Part shown: one piece after another, positions 38,499-41,419 of the stretch
Layout: each line of letters starts with the position of its first letter
Position numbering within the stretch: position 1 is the stretch's first letter
IMG/VR virus record: IMGVR_UViG_3300040985_002201
Coordinates: 1-41,419 of that record
Length of the DNA: 41,419 nt
Reading direction: 5' to 3' (one strand)
Source of the DNA: a virus
Lineage: Duplodnaviria > Caudoviricetes
The notes under the pieces: model-generated
What the model saw: the letters and a program-made list of their open reading frames with translations, nothing else
Told to the model about the DNA's origin: nothing
Databases searched by the model: none
Program-made: the position numbers and the translations under genes

Positions 38499-38600
38499 TT
38501 AAACCTCCGTTTTCAAAAAAGTGCTTTCAACCAGGATAACCTGGACAGCTATAAAAAATGCCAGAGCCGGCGGACCTAATACGATTAAACCAATTATCAT
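38499..38600 (-). CDS. 33-aa single-TM peptide (not in the ORF track)
   Basis: MIIGLIVLGPPALAFFIAVQVILVESTFLKTEV; AGAGGA RBS. Confidence 0.65.
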   Translation of the reverse strand: MIIGLIVLGPPALAFFIAVQVILVESTFLKTEV

Positions 38601-38665
38601 TTTGTTTCCTCTGTTTTTCCTGTGCGGGCCTACTAGGCTCTTGAGCTGTTCGGCCATTTTTTTTG

Positions 38666-38750
38666 TCAAAAATCTTCAAAAATTCTCAAAAATTCTCAAA
38701 AATTCTCAGAAATTTGTGCCATATATGGCACCATATATGGCACAAATTTC
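38666..38750. repeat. Five 10-bp tandem A-tract repeats plus a 20-bp perfect inverted repeat
   Basis: TCAAAAATTC-like x5 (38666-38715); GAAATTTGTGCCATATATGG-CA-CCATATATGGCACAAATTTC (38709-38750). Confidence 0.9.
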
Positions 38751-38767
38751 CTCAAAATCGACGGGAC

Positions 38768-39007
38768 CTAGTTGACCGCCTTTAGAACATCGGTGGTTTT
38801 GATTCCATTCTTGTCGCGATAGGCTGCAGAAAATTTATCTGCTCGAGCCTTGTATTTATCCCAATTCTCGAGTTTTCCATTCTTAGCTCGAGTAGGGCCG
38901 CCCACACAAGCGGGGCAATCGTGCAAATGCTCAAACCATTCTGCAGAACCGGACTGCCTACATGAAGTGCAAACGTGAACAGGAAACATATTTTTAGGGC
39001 GTGGCAT
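38768..39007 (-). CDS. Zn-ribbon protein
   Basis: CTSC...CPAC; AGAGGT RBS before ATG 39007. Confidence 0.7.
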   Translation of the reverse strand: MPRPKNMFPVHVCTSCRQSGSAEWFEHLHDCPACVGGPTRAKNGKLENWDKYKARADKFSAAYRDKNGIKTTDVLKAVN

Positions 39008-39033
39008 AATTTTACCTCTGTTTTCATTGGAAC

Positions 39034-39090
39034 AACAGCGTTCCACAAACGCGCCAATCGTCAAAGATTGGAACGTCTAACAATGCTGTT
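39034..39090 (-). other. Intergenic RNA stem-loop with internal loop (copy B)
   Basis: AACAGC-ATTGT-TAGACGTTCCAATC-TTTGAC-GATTGGCGCGTTTG-TGGAAC-GCTGTT on the - strand. Confidence 0.6.
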
Positions 39091-39487
39091 AATCTTGATT
39101 GTAGTAATTGCTTTCAACTTCAAAACGTCCGGTTTCATCCATTTCTGGATTTGCAATTGTCATACCCTCGAATTCAAATGGCACCATTGGATAGGGTTTA
39201 TTTTGACAGAACATCTGGAGCACTTGCATCCAGACAAGTACCGTGTGAATGGAATCGAATTCGATTAACAGTTCTATAGTATCGTTCCCGTCACGGTCGC
39301 ACTTATCGTAGAACCGTTGGACCACTGAATAGGTGCCGTTTTCACTATCTAGCAAATAGATTCCAGCATTGTGTCGATTAGGTATGCCATTTGATAGGCA
39401 CCATGCATCTACACTCCAATCGCCATTATTGCCGCAGTTGCCATAGCCCATTTCAAGTAGTTCATTTTCTAATTGTTCGTAGTTCAT
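39089..39487 (-). CDS. Acidic hypothetical protein
   Basis: 132 aa with AAAGGA RBS. Confidence 0.75.
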   Translation of the reverse strand: MNYEQLENELLEMGYGNCGNNGDWSVDAWCLSNGIPNRHNAGIYLLDSENGTYSVVQRFYDKCDRDGNDTIELLIEFDSIHTVLVWMQVLQMFCQNKPYPMVPFEFEGMTIANPEMDETGRFEVESNYYNQD

Positions 39488-39512
39488 TTTGTTTTCCTTT
39501 GTTTTTATTGGG

Positions 39513-39573
39513 GCTTAAGCGCTCCATAGGTGCATTGACCGCTGACAGTCAATGCACCTAGCAATGCTTAAGC
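39513..39573 (-). other. Intergenic RNA stem-loop with internal loop (copy A)
   Basis: GCTTAAGC-ATTGC-TAGGTGCATTGAC-8 nt-GTCAATGCACCTA-TGGAGC-GCTTAAGC on the - strand. Confidence 0.7.
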
Positions 39574-40434
39574 GTATAGTCCTTTGATTTGTCCTTTTTC
39601 GTTTTTCAATACTTCACCACGCCGCGCCGCCGCACGTTTACGGCTTGAATCCCCGCTAGCGTGACGTGGAACAACGCGCCAATTTTTGGAACTGGCACCC
39701 GTGCAAGCCATGGGACAACCAGCGCAACCAATTAAGAAACCACGTTTCAATTCGAATTCTTTTGACTTGGGACACAACGCGGCGCCCGTCGGAATCTCTT
39801 CACCAATTGCGTCAATGACCTGATAAACATTCCAACCTTTTGACAGTGCAAGTAATGCTTGTTCTTTACTGTCGCAACTTGCTACGTGTGTTTTTTGCAA
39901 GTGAGTTGCGCTGTGGTCGTGGGTATATCCTAACCATTGTTTGGCTGGATAGACTTTGCAAATTGAGCTTTCAATTTCAGACCATACCGCAGCGGGAATC
40001 ATACTTGCGTCGCCCGCTACCATTGAACGAACCTTGGCAATCCCTGCTAATTTCGCGCACTTCAAAAGATAGCGCAGTTCTGATAAATACAATCCGTCAT
40101 TCGTAACGGCTTCACAATTTCGAATGATGCGGGCAACTTGTGACGCGTTGCGCGGATTGTGTTGTACATAGCAACGCTTGCCAGCCATGACAAAAGCACA
40201 CGTTGACGGGCAAACACTTTCTATTTCACTGCGTAGCGCTTTTACATATGGGACACCTTGCCATGCTGGTTTAACTCCCGCCGTCAATTCTGCCCATTGT
40301 TCAATGATGAAAGTTGGAACGAGGGTTAATTCTACCACTTGCCCCGTCGCTTTATTGCCGCCAATACTGGCAATAAGTGAAACGGGTTTATTGGATGTGG
40401 AAAGGCCTTTCCATATTACGATTGAAATATTCAT
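39568..40434 (-). CDS. Cys-rich phage protein, probable Fe-S binding (DUF7227-like)
   Basis: NKATG, CPSTC..CY, VR...GD, GYTH, ASCDS...GW, CP...CAGC...C...H pattern; AAAGGAG RBS. Confidence 0.6.
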   Translation of the reverse strand: MNISIVIWKGLSTSNKPVSLIASIGGNKATGQVVELTLVPTFIIEQWAELTAGVKPAWQGVPYVKALRSEIESVCPSTCAFVMAGKRCYVQHNPRNASQVARIIRNCEAVTNDGLYLSELRYLLKCAKLAGIAKVRSMVAGDASMIPAAVWSEIESSICKVYPAKQWLGYTHDHSATHLQKTHVASCDSKEQALLALSKGWNVYQVIDAIGEEIPTGAALCPKSKEFELKRGFLIGCAGCPMACTGASSKNWRVVPRHASGDSSRKRAAARRGEVLKNEKGQIKGLYA

Positions 40435-40667
40435 TAGTTGGACTCCTTTGATTGTGTGAGTTGTTCAAGGATAAAATTCTTTGCATCTTCCCGTGTGGAG
40501 TGGCGGGATACGACTTGATAAACGTTTTCCCAATATCCAAATCCGGTACACTTGACGCACCAGTCAAATGCCTCATATTTTATGGTCCAGTATTGTCTGC
40601 CTACCGGCAGCGCCAGATGTGAATGATTGCGGGAGTCTTCCCATAGTCCGTCTGATAAATTGTTCAT
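40434..40667 (-). CDS. Hypothetical protein
   Basis: MNNLSDGLWED...; GGGAG RBS before ATG 40667; TAATG coupling to the next gene. Confidence 0.65.
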   Translation of the reverse strand: MNNLSDGLWEDSRNHSHLALPVGRQYWTIKYEAFDWCVKCTGFGYWENVYQVVSRHSTREDAKNFILEQLTQSKESN

Positions 40668-40671
40668 TGGT

Positions 40672-40896
40672 TTACCACTCCCCATAAAGGCGGACACCTT
40701 TTTGTAGTTCAATTGTGCTGCTGCTGAATCCGTGTTGACCTTCGACAACACACCACACGTCAAGTAAATAACCGTCAGCGTTGAGTTCATTCTCAATTTC
40801 AATCTTTGTTTTCATTTCTTTGATTCCGGCCATGAATTTGACTGGATGAAGTAGAAGCGCTTTCACTGTGATTGCGTCTTTTATGATGTGGTGCAT
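40672..40896 (-). CDS. Hypothetical protein, first gene of the leftward operon
   Basis: 74 aa ORF downstream of a strong promoter candidate; AAGGGA RBS. Confidence 0.65.
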   Translation of the reverse strand: MHHIIKDAITVKALLLHPVKFMAGIKEMKTKIEIENELNADGYLLDVWCVVEGQHGFSSSTIELQKGVRLYGEW

Positions 40897-40925
40897 TTCT
40901 CAATCCCTTGTTTTGGTTACTCCTA

Positions 40926-40955
40926 ATTTTACCATTCGGCACACAGCGTGTGCAA
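40926..40955 (-). promoter_or_regulatory. Early sigma70-like promoter with overlapping palindrome
   Basis: TTGCAC, 18 bp spacer, TAAAAT with an extended TG; GCACAC-N3-GTGTGC overlaps the -35. Confidence 0.65.
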
Positions 40956-41192
40956 GTAAATAAAGTGGTCATTGTGTTTTTCTTTGGTCGTTGTGTGTAG
41001 GGCGAACACTTTCAAGATGTACATGTACAAGTAGGCGAACACCTAAAACCGTTGGACTGAGTTGCCCGAACGGGTAGAACACCTATTTTGACTTTCCCCC
41101 TACACACTTACCACACACAGAAAGGGCATTTCATTTTATGCATACACGAGGAAAGGTTGTTCTAGTTGTTCTTGTCTTTGCGTCCATCGTTT

Positions 41193-41236
41193 TTGGGTGT
41201 GCATTGGGTGTTCTTTGGGTGTTCGTTGGGTGTTCT
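41193..41236. repeat. Four tandem 11-bp repeats TTGGGTGTTCK
   Basis: TTGGGTGTGCA, TTGGGTGTTCT, TTGGGTGTTCG, TTGGGTGTTCT. Confidence 0.9.
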
Positions 41237-41321
41237 TTGCTGTCGTCATTGTGTGCGCGGGCTGAGTTTCAACCATTCGCTGTGTGTGGATTTGCACTGC
41301 CGCTTGTTTTTTCTTGGCTTC

Positions 41322-41419
41322 CCTCCCCCCCGCTCCCCTTTGGGAGCTATCCCCCCATGGGGGGGAGACACCATTGCGAAGCGATGGTGTCTATAGAAAG
41401 ACCCGGGGTACGTAGTACC
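41322..41419. repeat. 98-bp terminal direct repeat, right copy
   Basis: Identical to 3-100. Confidence 0.95.

Larger units (their letters stand above)
37414..38640 (-). repeat. Six dispersed copies of an 18-bp intergenic repeat GAGCCTAGTARNCCCGCA
   Basis: Copies at 37414-37431, 37615-37632, 37691-37708, 37891-37908, 38331-38343 (truncated) and 38623-38640. Four continue into AAAACAGAGGAA and an ATG. Confidence 0.9.

Noticed and set aside
37414-38640. CRISPR array interpretation of the six repeats
   Set aside because: Repeats are only 18 bp, intervals are 76-440 bp and mostly contain whole genes, and no cas operon is present.
38709-38750. Protelomerase (telRL-like) site
   Set aside because: No protelomerase or tyrosine-recombinase-like gene was recognised, and the resemblance is limited to being a palindrome.
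38782-39057. Second-frame 91-aa ORF over the Zn-ribbon gene
   Set aside because: No RBS or motif, and it starts within a hairpin; unlike the MTase case nothing supports dual coding.
41166-41396. 76-aa + strand ORF near the end
   Set aside because: It is made of the 11-bp tandem repeats and terminal hairpins, has low complexity and lacks a convincing start context.
41322-41419. Terminal repeat as proof of physical genome ends
   Set aside because: 98 bp is compatible with a k-mer overlap from circular assembly; raw reads are needed to decide.

Overview
The window looks like an essentially complete ~41.3 kb tailed-phage genome with podovirus-like architecture; bases 3-100 recur at 41322-41419. 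The + strand arm (660-32307) carries the terminase, portal, scaffold, major capsid, adaptor/nozzle, short tail proteins, three ejection-type proteins, a tail fibre, the lysis genes, small basic proteins and a primase-helicase. The - strand arm (40896 down to 32246) carries small early genes, two XRE regulators, a Cas4-like exonuclease/AAA/SSB recombination module, a C5 DNA methyltransferase, a resolvase and a lytic transglycosylase. I recognised no integrase, DNA polymerase, RNA polymerase, tRNA or CRISPR array. The main unexplained signals are: (1) a promoter-driven ~100-nt hairpin RNA ahead of terL whose loops are complementary to the ribosome-binding sites of the phage's own leftward genes; (2) a methyltransferase locus coding in two frames from staggered GTG starts; (3) a six-copy stop-plus-RBS repeat that cuts the early region into cassettes; (4) two covarying intergenic RNA stem-loops; (5) phased A-tracts with a nested palindrome; (6) iteron-like repeats near the genome end. 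All protein calls come from motif recognition by eye, with no database searches.
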